From contig NW_003314275.1 in the NCBI RefSeq assembly GCF_000143415.4, forward strand, positions 997,955 through 1,061,954: 64,000 nucleotides of DNA, read 5' to 3'. The position numbers and the translations under genes are program-made. Below the pieces are notes generated by a model, which saw only the letters and a program-made list of their open reading frames with translations, was not told the origin of the DNA and did not search any database. Position 1 is the first letter of the stretch. Every line of letters begins with the position of its first letter. Below, piece by piece: positions 34,636 to 48,471 of this stretch. The DNA comes from Selaginella moellendorffii. Taxonomy: Eukaryota > Plantae > Lycopodiophyta.

Positions 34636-35634
34636 CACCTTATCTCTCTCACCTTAAGCCAACTGGAAAAAGAGCAATTACTTAATAAAAGAGCCTTTAT
34701 TAGTTATTTTATCTCCATTTATCCCCCAAGGTTCTAAAGATCCACAATGATAGTATATTCAAATCTTATCTTATAATCATATGCACTACAATCACCACAT
34801 ACCAAGTGTGACCAAAGATGATGCAGTCATTCATTTGAGGTGCCCAATTGATCACAACTTTTATGCTTTGAGTTAAAATTCATGCAAGGAAATGATATTG
34901 CTCTCAAAACTAGAGTTTAAGAGCAATCCATCTATTGCAATCCTAATGATCACAATTGGCATGATAAAGGCACCTAAATCTAGCTAAATTGAACAATCTA
35001 CCAACTTCTTATGTTACAAGTGAAAAAACTTGTCTAGCTGGTTGGCCAAGCTTGGAACACACTCAAGCAAGTCATCAAGAAAAACCTAGAGTTGAAGTGT
35101 CAAAATTTACTCCAACAAATATGCTAGAAGTGTAGGTATAATATCTTTAAAAATATGTCAAGGCTCCTCATAGTTGAAAAGCAATAACTAGAACTTAAGA
35201 TACCACCACAAATACTTGCAGAAAGGGCAATTGCACTATTGCCAAAGTAAATGTAGTATTTGAGTTTGGCTAAGCCTATGTTTGCTCCATGTCAACGATG
35301 GTAAGGATTTGCTTCTTCTTCCTACCTTGTGTGATGGCTACAATGGTGGTTATCATATTAACCCTTATGATCATCTTATGACGTCAAGGGAGCTTTAAGA
35401 GATTTCTGCTAAAGCACAATTTAGTAACCATTTATGTAGAGACTTGTGTTGTTTGTAAGTGATTATATCATAGCTTGCTATAGTGTAATGTATATGATCA
35501 TGGGATGAGATTTAAATATACTGTCACTATGGATTCTTAGAACCTTGGGGGATAATGGAAAATAGCCACTAAAGGCTATTTTATCAAGCAATTACCCCTT
35601 TTTCAGTTGGCTTAAAGGGAGAAAAATAAAATGC
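34636..35634. mobile_element. About 1-kb element bounded by about 150-bp imperfect terminal inverted repeats (non-autonomous DNA transposon, MULE/MITE-like)
   Basis: 34636-34790 (CCTTAAGCCAACTGGAAAA...ATCCCCCAAGGTTCTAA...) is the reverse complement of 35484-35634 (...TTAGAACCTTGGGGGATA...TTTCAGTTGGCTTAAAGG); no TSD seen. Confidence 0.65.
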
Positions 35635-35639
35635 ACTAC

Positions 35640-37330
35640 AATGATGGATTATGAACATGTTGGCACTGTGCACTACAACAATTTTGGATGGCAAAACCTT
35701 TACAATTGACTTATATCTGCACTATATTCATAGCCTTGGGCTGTCTAGAAAGAGTTCATCCCTATTCATCGAGGATAGTTGATCTTCTAATCATTTTTCT
35801 AGAGTTGCTTCATGATAAGAAGTGATTACAACCAAGAGTCACCTAATATAAACCTTTAGGTACACCTTTCTCCTTTGTTTGGAGAATTTTACACTCATCA
35901 TTTTGTGGTTTTGATAGAGCCTAGTGTCTGTGATATTGACAAGGCAACATTGGTGTATGGATCATGAATAATCAAGAGAAGTAAGTTGTCAAGCTCTCCA
36001 TATATTTACCAACTTTATCTAGGAATGAGGTTGAGTACTTAACCATGATCAGTGCTATGCAATTGCCAAAAGAACTCAAGCCTTGCCATGTCTAATTCAT
36101 GAGAGATTTGCAACTAATGACTTGCTAACTCAATGGTGAATGTTAAGTTTGGCAAGGCACTTCAGAGACTTATGGCAGTAGGTAATGTCTATGGAACAAC
36201 ATTTTGAAGACCAATTAATAGCATTAGAAATTTTGTTCTTATGCTCTTCTAACCAATTGCACATATGAAGGCTAGTTTCTTAGCTTGGGTGGAAACTAAT
36301 AAAGGGTTTAACAATATCAATCTTCTACTATTATAGTAGTAACAGAAAAATATATGAAAAGACTCATTAATAGGTAACCTTTGATACCTGTAGTTACATT
36401 TGTGATAATTGCTTTACTCTAGAGCTTCATATGTTCATATGGGACTACAACCAACTCTTAGGACACTCTTATGCACAAGATTAAACTCCTTGACAACATA
36501 AGGCCTATTTGTTAATATTTATAGCAATATAACCCAATTTTTCATCCTGTGGATATTCAAAAGCTTTTTGTGATCTCTCTCGTGGCTCATTCAAACTAGG
36601 TGCCCAACATTGTGCCAATTTGTTGTGTTAATGCTAGCCTCCTTGACTATGACAAAGATCTCAAATAGTCTTGTGTATATTGATGGCCACAAGATTGATG
36701 CCAATTGAATAGTTTGTTTGAGCAACTCAACAGTCTACTGGCTGTAAGTCCACTCAAAAGGAGCATTGTAGAGTAAAGTTGTTCAAGGACGAGTTTAAGC
36801 TGCATAATTAGATTTAGTGTATAAGCAAATATGCAAAGATTGCAAAATGCTATCTTATCTCTATCTAGTGGATCCACAATGATTATTTAATCATCTAAAG
36901 TCCATGCATATGTTGACCTTACCATTAACTTTCCACTTTCTGGTCTATGGGAGAGAGGCTATCCTTTTAGTGGAGATTTAGATCCTATCCATCCACTTTG
37001 TGTCACAATATGTGGCAGAGTTCTAATTATCAAAGGTGGAGTGGCTCCAGGCACGAGCTTGGGAGCTTTTGGAGCTGGATGAACAATGTCTTGTAGCTTT
37101 GGAAAACATCTATGCACAGAAGGTTTAGCTCAAGGTTTAATGAGACTGTGAGGCTTTTTTAACACCATTTCAGCAAGATGACTTGGTTCTTCTCAAGGAT
37201 TTCACACCTTCATCCAAGTTTGCACTAAGATGGTTGGATCCCCATATCATCCAGTGTCAAAGGGAGGCATTCTGATAGCCACTAGCTCAAGTATTTGCAT
37301 CATCATAGCCATTCAAATTTGGTGACACCA
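35640..37330 (+). pseudogene. Heavily decayed PLS/E-class PPR gene remnant
   Basis: Fragments resembling PPR motifs (LANSMVN..., ...WNNIL) and an E-domain-like ARAWELLELDEQCLVALENIYA near 37050-37115; many stops. Confidence 0.4.
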
Positions 37331-37501
37331 GAAACAACCTAAAAACTTAGGCAACTGAATCCAATACTGCTGCTTGGACGTGTGCATGGCCATTGGTAGA
37401 CAGAAATGTGGCCGCTTAAGAGCTCTAGTGAGAGGAATCGACGTAACGATATGAAAGAACCCTAATCCTTCTTCTTTACACTTTTAGGGTTCTAGAGAGC
37501 A

Positions 37502-38764
37502 ATGAAGGAAGCGTTAGAGGGGTGTTTCGACGCTGCGATTGTTGGAGCTGGGATCATGGGGCTGTGCACCGCCTACGAGCTCGCCCGGAGAGGTAAGAGC
37601 GTGATTGTACTGGAGCAATTCGATCTGCTGCACCGCAGGGGCTCGTCGCACGGCGAGTCGCGCACGCTGCGCCTCACCTATCCGGAGAGCTACTACACGC
37701 TCATGGCCCGATCGGCGTTGGATCTCTGGAAATCCGCTCAGCGGGAGGCCGGATTTGAGGTCTACAAGCGCACAGGGCAGCTAGATTTCGGTGCCGCCGA
37801 CCATCCAGGGCTCCAGCAGCTGATCGCAGCGTGCCGGGAGCACGGGATCCACCACCAGGTCTTCGGCCGCGAGGAATTTCGCCAGAAGCAGCCCCGGATC
37901 GCAGGGATTCTCGATCTTCCAGAGGGCTGCATAGGAGTGTGGACGGAAGAAGCTGGGGTTTTGCGCGCCACCAAGGCGTGCGCGATGTTCTTGGCGCTGG
38001 CTACCAGGCACGGGGCGATCGTCCGCGACAATGCCAGGGTCACGAAGATCTCCCCTGGATGGAAGGACTCGCGCGGGGAGAAATCGGTGCTGGTCGCGAC
38101 AGGCAAGGGATCAGTGCTGGCAAAGAAGTGTATCATCGCGAGTGGTGCTTGGGTTCCAAGGATCGTGGAGGAGAACTTTGGGCTGGTTCTTCCGGTCCAG
38201 CCTCTACACACGACGATCGCCTACTGGGAAGTAACTGATCGATCCAAGCACGCAGAGTTCCTGGCAGGGAATGGCTTTCCAACCTTTGCCTTCTACAACG
38301 AGAAGTACTTCTATGGAACTCCATCGCTGGAGTTCCCGGGATTGATCAAGGCCTCCATTCATGGTGGAACTCCTTGCGATGCCGACGATCGCTGCTACAT
38401 CCCGGACGTGGAGGAGCTCAAGAGGATCATGTCGCCATGGATGGAGAGGGCCTTCGGGAAGAATGTGAGGTGCGATGCTCCAGCCATGGCGGAGGCTTGC
38501 ATGTACTCGATGACCCCGGATCAGGACTTCATCCTGGATGTTCTTCCGGGAACCCAGGAGCAAGTGCTGGTGGCGGCGGGGTTCTCCGGGCATGGATTCA
38601 AGATGGCTCCGCTGGTTGGAAAGGTGATGGCGGATCTGGCCGAGAGTGGGGCGTCGCCGGAAGTGCCTCTCGAGCTCTTCTCGCTGCAGCGTTTCCGGAG
38701 GAGCGCGTTTGGCAACGAGAAGAGCTTTGATCCGGTGAAAGAGCTGTCGACTTTGAGGCTCTGA
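37502..38764 (+). CDS. Sarcosine oxidase / L-pipecolate oxidase (FAD-dependent), intronless
   Basis: IVGAGIMG FAD motif, GSSHGESR, YGTPSLEFPGLIK, covalent-flavin Cys motif EACMYSMTPDQDFILD, GFSGHGFKMAP. Confidence 0.95.
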   Translation: MKEALEGCFDAAIVGAGIMGLCTAYELARRGKSVIVLEQFDLLHRRGSSHGESRTLRLTYPESYYTLMARSALDLWKSAQREAGFEVYKRTGQLDFGAADHPGLQQLIAACREHGIHHQVFGREEFRQKQPRIAGILDLPEGCIGVWTEEAGVLRATKACAMFLALATRHGAIVRDNARVTKISPGWKDSRGEKSVLVATGKGSVLAKKCIIASGAWVPRIVEENFGLVLPVQPLHTTIAYWEVTDRSKHAEFLAGNGFPTFAFYNEKYFYGTPSLEFPGLIKASIHGGTPCDADDRCYIPDVEELKRIMSPWMERAFGKNVRCDAPAMAEACMYSMTPDQDFILDVLPGTQEQVLVAAGFSGHGFKMAPLVGKVMADLAESGASPEVPLELFSLQRFRRSAFGNEKSFDPVKELSTLRL

Positions 38765-39899
38765 TCAAAGCTATCCAAGTTTGTAAACTTTGTAAGCCTT
38801 CTAATGTATTAATTTGTCCTCTGTTTTTTTTTTCAGGTTCTTATTTAAAGTGCAAACTAATCATTTCTATCAAACTTCCAAAACAAATATTTAAGCAATC
38901 TAGGGTCGGGACCATAAAATAAGAAAAGTGACAACTTGGTATCTTGCTTTTGGTGCCAGATAAGATCCGCTCCAAGATCTCGCTAAGGTAAAGCACGCCG
39001 TACAAGATTTTCCTCAAAATCCTGGACCATATGCGAAGGTAGGGGACGATGCATTATGATCTCGAGCATCTTTTTGAAGTTATATGCGGACATGAAGCAT
39101 TGCCTCCTATATTCTTGAAGAATTTTTTTTCCTGTAACTCAGCTGGCAGCGGGGACGAGAAGAGAACCAGGAAAAAGCACTTTGTAAACCTTTAATTGAC
39201 TATAGACGAGTTTATCGATGTCTCTCTCGGTCATGACCTCGTCTCCACTTGATCAGAGTCAAGAGTGATGAACCTAGCCACTGTATACGGAAAACACACA
39301 GTGTATTGCTCACTATTCTTACATATATATGAACACTGCGAGTTTTACCTGGATTCCGCTCCAACACTCCCCCTCGATATGATCCGTCCTAAAGATACTC
39401 CCCCTGCATTGATATAAGTCCGTGTGATACTGCTGGACGAGCTGAAGACCGCACTGGTCGCACTACTGCTGTAGAGTCTCCAGAAGATCCACTGCTTCAC
39501 TCAGTATCAAACCGGAAAAGCTCAACTGGAGTCTCAAGAAGTTCGATCCAGAGAATGAGGGGCGAGAGCTTGCAAGCCCGGATCCTCTCAGCTTGCAGCC
39601 ACACCAGAGAGATTGACCAGCGGCATGAGTATTTCCAGGACATGGCTGAGTTTGGCATTGCACTAAGTGTCTAGCACTACTTCTGTTTAATTGATCAAGT
39701 GTCAAGCCGTGGATCCCCCAAGATGGAGAGTTACCCTCAATCAGTTGCTTTTCATCCTTTAGTGAGCTCTAGACTAAAAATAGGGTTTAATATTTAATAT
39801 AATTTTTTTTCTCTTATTTTAGTAATTTTATCATCTTCCCTAGAGATTTGTTTACACGCTTGATTAAATACACTCTTTTAAGTTTATGCTCTTCAAATG

Positions 39900-41500
39900 C
39901 CAATCAAATCTACTCTGGTTCACACCAATTGCAGCAATGAAATTGCCCACTTTTAGCCATTAAGCATTAGAATGAAATAATTCACAATATAATAAGCACA
40001 AACAACAGCAAATGCCAGTGCTTCGGCATTTGCCCATATCACAACAAGCTCAAGTGATACTTAGTGCTAGTATTACCCAGGGTGATTCTTCTAGCATGGC
40101 TAGTATGGCTGGAGCATCTAGCAGCAAGCATGACAAGGCTTGGCTATGATTTGGTGTGTTTCTTTTGTTTTGTGTTTGGTTTGGAGTGGATTTCTTTGTT
40201 CAAGTTTCAAGTTTTAAAGATTTCTTTCCACTTTCTTTAGGGTTTTTCACATTTGGTTGGTCTGAAACCAAATGTTGTGTTCGGATGAAAATTTGCCGTT
40301 CATAATGCCATTTGTAACATGTACATATGCAACGTTCGGAAGTTCGGCAGTAACTATGTTTCATACAACACATTCTCGTGTGTGGGCATCCCCATTGCAT
40401 GTAGAGCTTCCTCCATGGCATGCCCACTGTCCTCTACCTCACAGCAGCAATAGTTTTGCCAATCACCCACCCTTTCCCTAGCTAAACACTAAAACTAAAT
40501 TTTATGTATCAAAACATGTTAATTGCCTGACATGGCAATAGTGATCTGGCAAATGTGGCAATAATATGGCATGCAGTGCTTTGCAATTGCACATACAATG
40601 CCCATCTGTATGCTTTAGTTGTGTATGTTATGACATTGTTTGGATTAATAGAATGGTAACATGTGTTATAGAAGTGAATTTGGAAAGGGATAACAAATGT
40701 CATTCCAAATGACTCTGAATTTGCACAATATAAAAAATAATTTAGGTTTGGCAAGTTCAGTTAGGTTTGAACTTATTGCCACAAATGTGTTGCCATTGCT
40801 GCCATGAATGGAATAAAACTTGATACTAATGATTAAATCAATGAAAATAATATGAATCACTTGAATATAAGAAAAGTTATCTTTGCATGATAGAAGGTAC
40901 AAAGCAATCAATATGACAATAGAAAAGAAATTGTATATCTCATCTTGTACTCTATGTAAATGCTCTTCAAAGTTGGCACACATCCTTTTAAGAATTGTGT
41001 AAATCTCCCGCAATGAAAGGAAATGAATGAACATTAAAATAAGTAAAGTGTATTACCATTTAGTATTGATAAATCCCACAATAAAGCAACCAATCCATAC
41101 AACTTTAGCACACAAAGACTGTCAAAATTCCTAGAGGTTAGTCAGTGCTTAGTACCTTCAAGATATTCATTAAGAACTGGCATAAAATACTTTGAATCAA
41201 GCAATGTACCTACTTATGCTATAGTTCAAATTTAAGGGTGGCATGTATGGCTATTTCATGAATTCTGGCTAACACGCTCTTTGAGGATTTGAGCATATAT
41301 CCAACAACATCAATCCCTTTTTTGAAAAAACCCATGAAAACCTTGTATTTGGGAATCAAATCTTCTATTGAAAAGAGCAAGCCATCATGACAAACAATCA
41401 TCACAAGTCACATCAATTTGACCTTGGGTATCAAAAGATATTTGTTCACTAATCCTTACAAACACTTTTTCATTATTGCTATGATAGCAAGAGATTGATA
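39900..41500 (-). mobile_element. Possible decayed Mutator-like transposase remnant
   Basis: AT-rich, stop-ridden minus-strand fragments with MULE/SWIM-like patches (LMFIHFLS..., CMCNCKALHAILLPH); weak. Confidence 0.25.
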
Positions 41501-41540
41501 TTACTAATTCCCTTTATATTTCCCACTTGAACTAGTTGAG

Positions 41541-44500
41541 TGTAAACCATAAATCCCTAATCCCCAAAGTGGCCAAAAGGGTGCCATGTGCTAGTGGCCA
41601 AAGTAGAAGTCTAATGAGCATAACATATTTAGACTAAAAGCTCTAATTTAAAAAGTTAAGAGTGGGAGTGAAATTCTCAATGAAGTGCTTGAGGAAAGAG
41701 TATGAAATGATTAATAAACAAGTCTCTAGAAAGGGATACAAAAGGGATTAACACATAGTAAGTGTCGTGACATATGGAAATGTCGGAACCAAGTTTGAGA
41801 TGGTGTCCAAGAAAAAGTTTAAGATGAAATATGATATGGATTTCGAGATAGAGTTTGAGAAAGAGTCCAAGACTAGGTTTAAGACTGGGTCCAAGACCGA
41901 GACTAAGACCAGGTTTGAAACCAAAATTGGGTTTAAGACCAACATTGGATTCGAGATCGAGTCCCAAGTCCAAGTTCAAGTTTGAGTCCAAGTCCGTCCG
42001 AAGGTGAAAGCCCAAAACGATCATCTCCCAGAGTCTCAAGGGTTTGGTGAGTCTCTGTGGGATAGTGAGGGGAAGGATTCCAATGGAATTAATTTAGCTA
42101 GGAAAGATTAGTGTGACTAAGGAAGGTTACACCCATGTTGTGGGTAATGATATAACTATTGAAAAGTTCAAGGCTAGAGTGAATATATATGGATAAGTGG
42201 GTGAATTGTTCAAAAGTTAACTTTACCTCCCCTAGGAGATAAAATAATCGATGCTCCCAATCCAAGTATGGGTGGCACTATCTACTTGGATGCCTTATGT
42301 GGCTCAACGGAACCTCGCTCTAAGCCTATGGCTAGAGCACCCAAAGGCGGAAGGCGGGGAGAGTACCCATGAGGCCCGCGTAGAGCCACGGTGTTTCGAA
42401 ATGTTGTCCCAAAGGCCCAGACTGTGGAAAGGAAGAGGAGTAGTCCTCTGGTGTAGTTACCAAGGATACAGTCGAGTGGTGAGGAAGTCCCAGAGGACCG
42501 TGGGACTTAGTGGTCGGGCCTGTGGGCCTCGATCCAGTGGCAGTGTTGACGAACACGGCCATAGGCAGAAAGGGACTTAGTGAAGACCGGAAAAGGGATA
42601 TTGGGGAAGGCTATTCCCCATGTCTGTGGGCATCCTAAGGATGCTAAGGAGTGGATCTGAAATGATCACTCATGGACGAATGGCCCAGTCCTTGAGAGAT
42701 GGGACTGTGATGCAGGTGGTGTTAGACCACCGGTGTAACCATGGTAAAGGGGCATGGCCTTAGCGTAACGGGCTGATATGTCAATGGTACCTTGGGGTGT
42801 CGGTCATGGGATCGGACACGTGGAGCACTTGGATCAAGTGCAAAGGTTGAGTGGCGGGGATGCCATTCTCGGGGCTAGCAAACCCAAGTCTGAAATAGGA
42901 CTTATGAGGGTTGTGAGTGAGACTCCTCCAAGTGGTTGGAGGTGTGGTTAAGTGACTAAATTAGAATGGAAAATTTAGTCGCTTACAACTTGGTATTGGA
43001 GCTGTTCCTTAGTCTGACTTTTATTGGTGCTCAAGTATATCACCACTGGTGTTGGCATTGGAAGGTCCTAGGAGTGGGCCTATCCTTGAGGAGTAGCAGG
43101 TTGGGAAGACATGGCTCTCCACTACAGTTCATGTGTGAACTTATAGGCAAAATAGTAGATAGAAAAGGGCCAATAATGGAACGACTTTGGGATCTTGGGA
43201 ACAGTATAAGGGTTTCCTCAGAGAGTTGAGGATGTGATCCAGATGAGCGTTTGACTTAGCAAACTAGCTGATGTAGTTGTGGTAAACAACTACAATTGGG
43301 ATCACGGGAAAGATGCAGACTCCAAAACAGTAAAGGAGTCACAAGATTACCCTTATATAGTTGAGGCTGGTACTCATAAATTTGAGACCGGAATTGTTGA
43401 CCGTGGGATGTCAAATACAGAAGATGACACCAGTCCTTGAAATGGTAGCCAGGGCTACCTCTAATAAATGCTAGAACAACCCAAGGAGTTGGGGGTGTAC
43501 TTAAAGATGAGTTGCTATTCTTATCACATGGACAAGTAGTCATAAGGGGCAAAAGTTTACCCCAAGAAAATCATCAAGTGTCAGAGTAACACTTGCAAAG
43601 ATTGTCCTTGTGAGTAGGACATGAATACAAGAAGTTGTATTCTAGAGAGTTGGCACCTCTAAGATTGAGACCTTGCAGGTTTTTGGATTAGCAAAGTCCA
43701 AAATGTTGGATGACTCAAGCGGAGTCAGGGAATGTCCCTAAGGGATTGGTTGGAACATTTGGACTGAGGTGTATGGTGCCCTATGAGGTATGGGGAGGAT
43801 CATAAGATCCAAGTATGAGAATAGTAGGTATCTCATTGATGGTAGAATGTGCCATACTAAAGTTGTGGGAAAGATGTTCCCAGAAGAAAGCAACTTTGGC
43901 CCAGAGTTGGGTGCAAACACTATGGTGCGGTGCTAACGGATAGTTAGCATGAGGAACAACTATATTAGTCTTGGCAAGACCTAGACACTAATAAGTAGTG
44001 TCATAAGGGTAGGCTCGTGGGGCCGATGGTGTGAAGACACCAAATGTGCCAAGGTGTGATACCTTGAGGTTATGATGATGGGTTCATAAGAACCCCTTGC
44101 CAAGGGAATCCCAACGGAAGCGGGAATGGCATGGCCTAAGCTGGAAGGCATGCGGTTAGAGTGTGATGACCCAGATAATGATGGAGGTGTGGAAGCACCA
44201 AGCAATGAGTTGTAGGACTTGACAACTATGGGGCAACTAAGCAAGAGGTGCAAGGTAATTAGTTAAATGGGTAGAAGGTAGCTACCCAAAGACTTCTTAA
44301 TGGCATAAGGAAATTAGATATACCCTTACGAGGGATAAATTGTTTATGTTGTGATATAGTAAGTCAATGTCGTAAATGGGAATGCTCATTGTCAGGAGGC
44401 CATCATTGGGACACCCAAACACTCTAGAACATCAGGAGGTGGTGTTTCGTGTCGCAAGGGCAATAGATAAAGCCCAAGGGACTAAGTCCTGAGCGAATGA

Positions 44501-47469
44501 TGGATAGTAGGTGCTATCCAAATGTCCAAAGTTGCAGAGACAGGAGAAGACTGTCTACCTGAATTGGACAAAGCCAAAAATGGAATTTTGGCAAGACTAG
44601 TGATGGGCTTATTAAGGCTCATAAGCAGCAACATTAATCCCGATGTGTGGGATTATAAGGTAAGCATGCCCAAGATTGAGGAACCACTCCCTAGGCTATT
44701 GGGTAGGTTCATCCCTAAGAATACTTGCTAAGGCATAGTAAAATGTGCAAAGCTATCCTCCTAGTCTGGAGGAGAATAACCAAAGGAAACATATGGGGCC
44801 AAAAGGCAAGTAGTATTGGGATGGAACTGAATCATAAAAATTGAAAGGCATATCCAACGGTGGTTATGCAAGTTGGGAGTGGAGAATCAAGAGGGTGCTC
44901 GAGGATGTTGTTGCTAGCAACCGTGATGCCATGGAGAGTCTAAAATATGGAATTATCCATGTTAAACTATATGGCAACTATAAAGCTTGCGAAAAAAAAA
45001 CCCTTAGCAAGCTAAGGGACAAAGTTCCTTCAAGGTTCCCAAAGACGATTCTAGGTAGCTTAGTACCTAGAAAGGCCAAGTGTAAATGGTTCATGGAACG
45101 TGCGAAATCAGAGTGGCGCAATAGAAGCGTGGTCTTAAAGCTTGCCACGAGGCAAGGCTATCAAGGTTAGGGAAGTAATTCCCGAGTGTTCAAAGAGAGG
45201 GCTTTGAACGAAAGTCGATGGTCAAGGACTTTCACGCTTATGCAGGAACCATGTTACAGTGGTCGGAGGACTTGCCAAGCGAGATTGGCAAGTTGGGGGA
45301 ACAAATACCCTAGTTGAAGGTGATAACTTCAAAAAGGGTGGGCCATGGGGCCAAGCATGGAGGAGTCCATGCATGATCACAAACTTGTCAAGTGAGAGGA
45401 CTTGGCAGTGTGGAGGAACTAGGTTTCTAAGTTGTGATCTGTAGCGTGCTTTAAGTATAAGTTGGTGCACCGGCGTGATGAGTCACGCCAGGCATCCTGG
45501 GTGATGCCGTCCGTAGATGCATATACGGAGGTTGGGTTTGAGTCCCGACCCTCTAGTGCTTGGGTTCGAGTCCCAAATCACTAGGGCATGGTGATGGTTT
45601 GGAATATGAGGACACTCATATTTCAGTGGTCATGGACTCTCAGTGAGGAGACTGGCTTGGGCACACCACCAAGCGGGGGATGCTCTGGAGTCATGATACA
45701 CGGTTAGATTGCTTAGTGTGGCTCGGTATATCTAACTTGAACACTTTGGTGCGAGTGGCACCAAGGACGTGGTGAATGAGATGGGGACACCCAGTCTCAG
45801 TTGCTATGGACCCTTGGCCGGAAGGGCTAGCTTGGGCACACCGCCAAGTGTGGGGGATGCCCCCGGGGTCATGGTCAACAAGTTAAAGGTCTGGGAGACC
45901 TAATACCTATTGGCAAACCTGTTAAAGTGTCAAGATTATATCACTAATTGATCGTATGGCTAAACAAGGACGAAGTCCTTTTGAGGTTAAGGAATAAGGT
46001 TCCTAGTTCAAAACGTTAATTTGAACTATTGATAATGGTGTGGCTTGGTCAAGGTGACCAAGTGGGAAGGACACCTAAAGGAAATGAATTACAACGATAC
46101 AATGGTATTGTGAGTTCAAGAAAGTAGTCTCTAGAAAGGACCTATGGGAAGGTCACAATGTTGGGCCGTGGAAGGGGCCTATAGCAGAAGTTGTTAAAGA
46201 GACCTATTAGGGGTGAGCACCCTTTGAACTTGGCGAAGTGGAGCTTTGCCATGGAACCAAAAGAATACCTCAAGGAGGGAGGTAGTGATCTTTTATTGCT
46301 TGATGCAACAATCAATGGATAGGAGCAAAAAACTAGTGGCCAAGTTTGAGCCATGGAATTTGATGGGAGGAATCTAAATGGCAAGGTTAGCCAAGGAACA
46401 CTAATGTGTTTGATGCTAACAAATTGCGGGAAAGGAAGTGGACTTCCAAGGTTAGATTCCCAAATGCTCAAATTTGCCAAGCTAAAAGCTTCAAGTGAGG
46501 AGCGGCAAAGTAGCCAAAGGATAGGGCTGTGGACAACATTGGCACAAATGATGATAATTGGAACGTAGTGCCAAAGATGGCACAAAATAGAAAAGAGGAT
46601 GATGGTGCCTTCAAGTAGAGAACTTCCTAGGATAGGGAAGTGAACTTGCACAATATGTGCAATACAAGGTGTTAGAGACACCTAGGAAATTGACTTCAAG
46701 AAGTCAAAAGTAAACGTTCCAAAGTGCAAAGGTTATGTTGATAGAATCTGAGACTACTCGAGAACGAGTAGTGGAATTGAGTTAGAGAGGGAGTCTCTAA
46801 CGGGTTTAGTGAGAACTGAACCAATAAAAGGGAGCAAACCACCCTAGGTGGCCGAATGAGTCTCTATGTTGGAGAGACTATGCTCCTTAGAGGATGGACA
46901 AGGCATGGTGAGCCTTTGGTGTCAAATTATAGACAAATATTAGCCGGGGGCCAAGGATGGAAACGGTAATATATGTGGGTGTTACTTTATAAAAGGGTTT
47001 ACCGTTCGATGAGGACATCGAACTTCGTCTATGGGTGGTGGAGTTGTGAGACACAAAATCCCTAGGCCCCAAAGTGGAGCCGGAAGGGTGCCATGTGGTG
47101 GTGGCCGAAGCGAAAACCAAACGAGCGTAACACGTTTGGACTAAAAAGCTCCGACTTGAAAAGGTCGAGAGTGGGAGTGGAACTCCTAACGAAGTGCTTG
47201 AGGAATGAGCACGAAGCGAGCAATAAGCGAGGCTCTAAAAAGGGACCCAAAAGGACCAACATATGACACGTGGAAGTGTCCGAGATAGACCCGAGATGGA
47301 GTCTGAGATGGAGTCCGAGATGGACCCGAGATGGAGTCTGAGATGGAGTCCGAGATGGACCCGAGATGGAGTCCAAAATGGACCCGAGATGGAGTCCGAG
47401 ATGGAGTCCGAAATGGACCCAAGATGGAGTCCAAGATGGACCCGAGATGGAGTCCGAGATGGACCCGAG
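41541..47469 (+). mobile_element. LTR retrotransposon A1 (gypsy-derived, non-autonomous): 5' LTR 41541-42987, PBS, internal region, PPT, 3' LTR from 47045 interrupted at 47469
   Basis: TG...CA LTR; PBS TGGTATTGGAGC at 42991; GAGGAC...GGGTGGTGGAGT before TGTGAGACAC at 47045. Only decayed RT-like patches (YLEVMMMG) and no ORF. Internal region colinear with A3. Confidence 0.85.
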
Positions 47470-48471
47470 TGTAAGTGACTAATTTTTCCATTCTACTTTA
47501 GTCACTTAACCACACCTCCAACTGCATGGAGGAGTCTCACTCACAACCTCCATAAGTCCTAATTCAGACTTGGGCTTGCTAGCCCCGAGAATGGCATCCC
47601 CGCCACTCAACCTATGCACTTGATCCAAGTGCTCCACGTGTCCGATCCCATGACCGACACCCCAAGGTACCATCGACATATCAGCCCGTTACGCTAAGGC
47701 CATGCCCCTTTACCTTGGTCATACCGGTGGACTAACACCACCTGCATCACAGTCCCATCTCTCAAGGATTGGGCCATCCGTCCATGAGTGATCATTCCAA
47801 ATCCACTCCTTAGCATCCTTAGGATGCCCACAGACATGGGGAATAGCCTTCCCCAATATCCCTTTTCCGGTCTTCACCAAGTCCCTTTCTGCCCATGGCC
47901 GTGTTCGCCAACACTGCCACTGGATTGAGGCCCACAGGCCCGACCATTAAGTCCCACGGTCCTCTGGGACTTCCTCACCACTCGACTGTATCCTTGGTCA
48001 CTACACTAGAGGACTACTCCTCCTCCTTTCCACAGTTTGGGCCTTTGGGACAACATTTTGGAACACCGTGGCTCTACGCGGGCCTCATGGGTACTCTCCT
48101 CGCCTTCTGCCTTTGGGTGCTCTAGCCATGGGCTTAGAGCGAGGTTCCGTTGAGCCACACCAGGTATCCAAGTAGGTAGTGCCACCCACATTTGGATTGG
48201 GAGCATCGGCCAGTCGATCTCCCGGGGGAACTAGAGCCGGCTCTTGAACACTTCACCAAGCTATCCCGCTTGTCGGTTTGTGTTCACTCTAGTCTTGGAC
48301 TTCCCAGTGGGCAGCTCATCACCCAACACTGGGTTCGGCCTTCCGGGGCTAAACTGGCCTTTCCTGGCCAAACTGGCTCCATTGCAATCCTCCCCCCTAC
48401 TATACTTTTGGAGCTCACCAAACCCCCCAGGGTCTGGGAGACGAACGCTTTGGGCTTTCACCCTCTCAGGC

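Noticed and set aside
38970-39720. Coding-like minus-strand fragments after the sarcosine oxidase
   Set aside because: No consistent frame or recognisable motif
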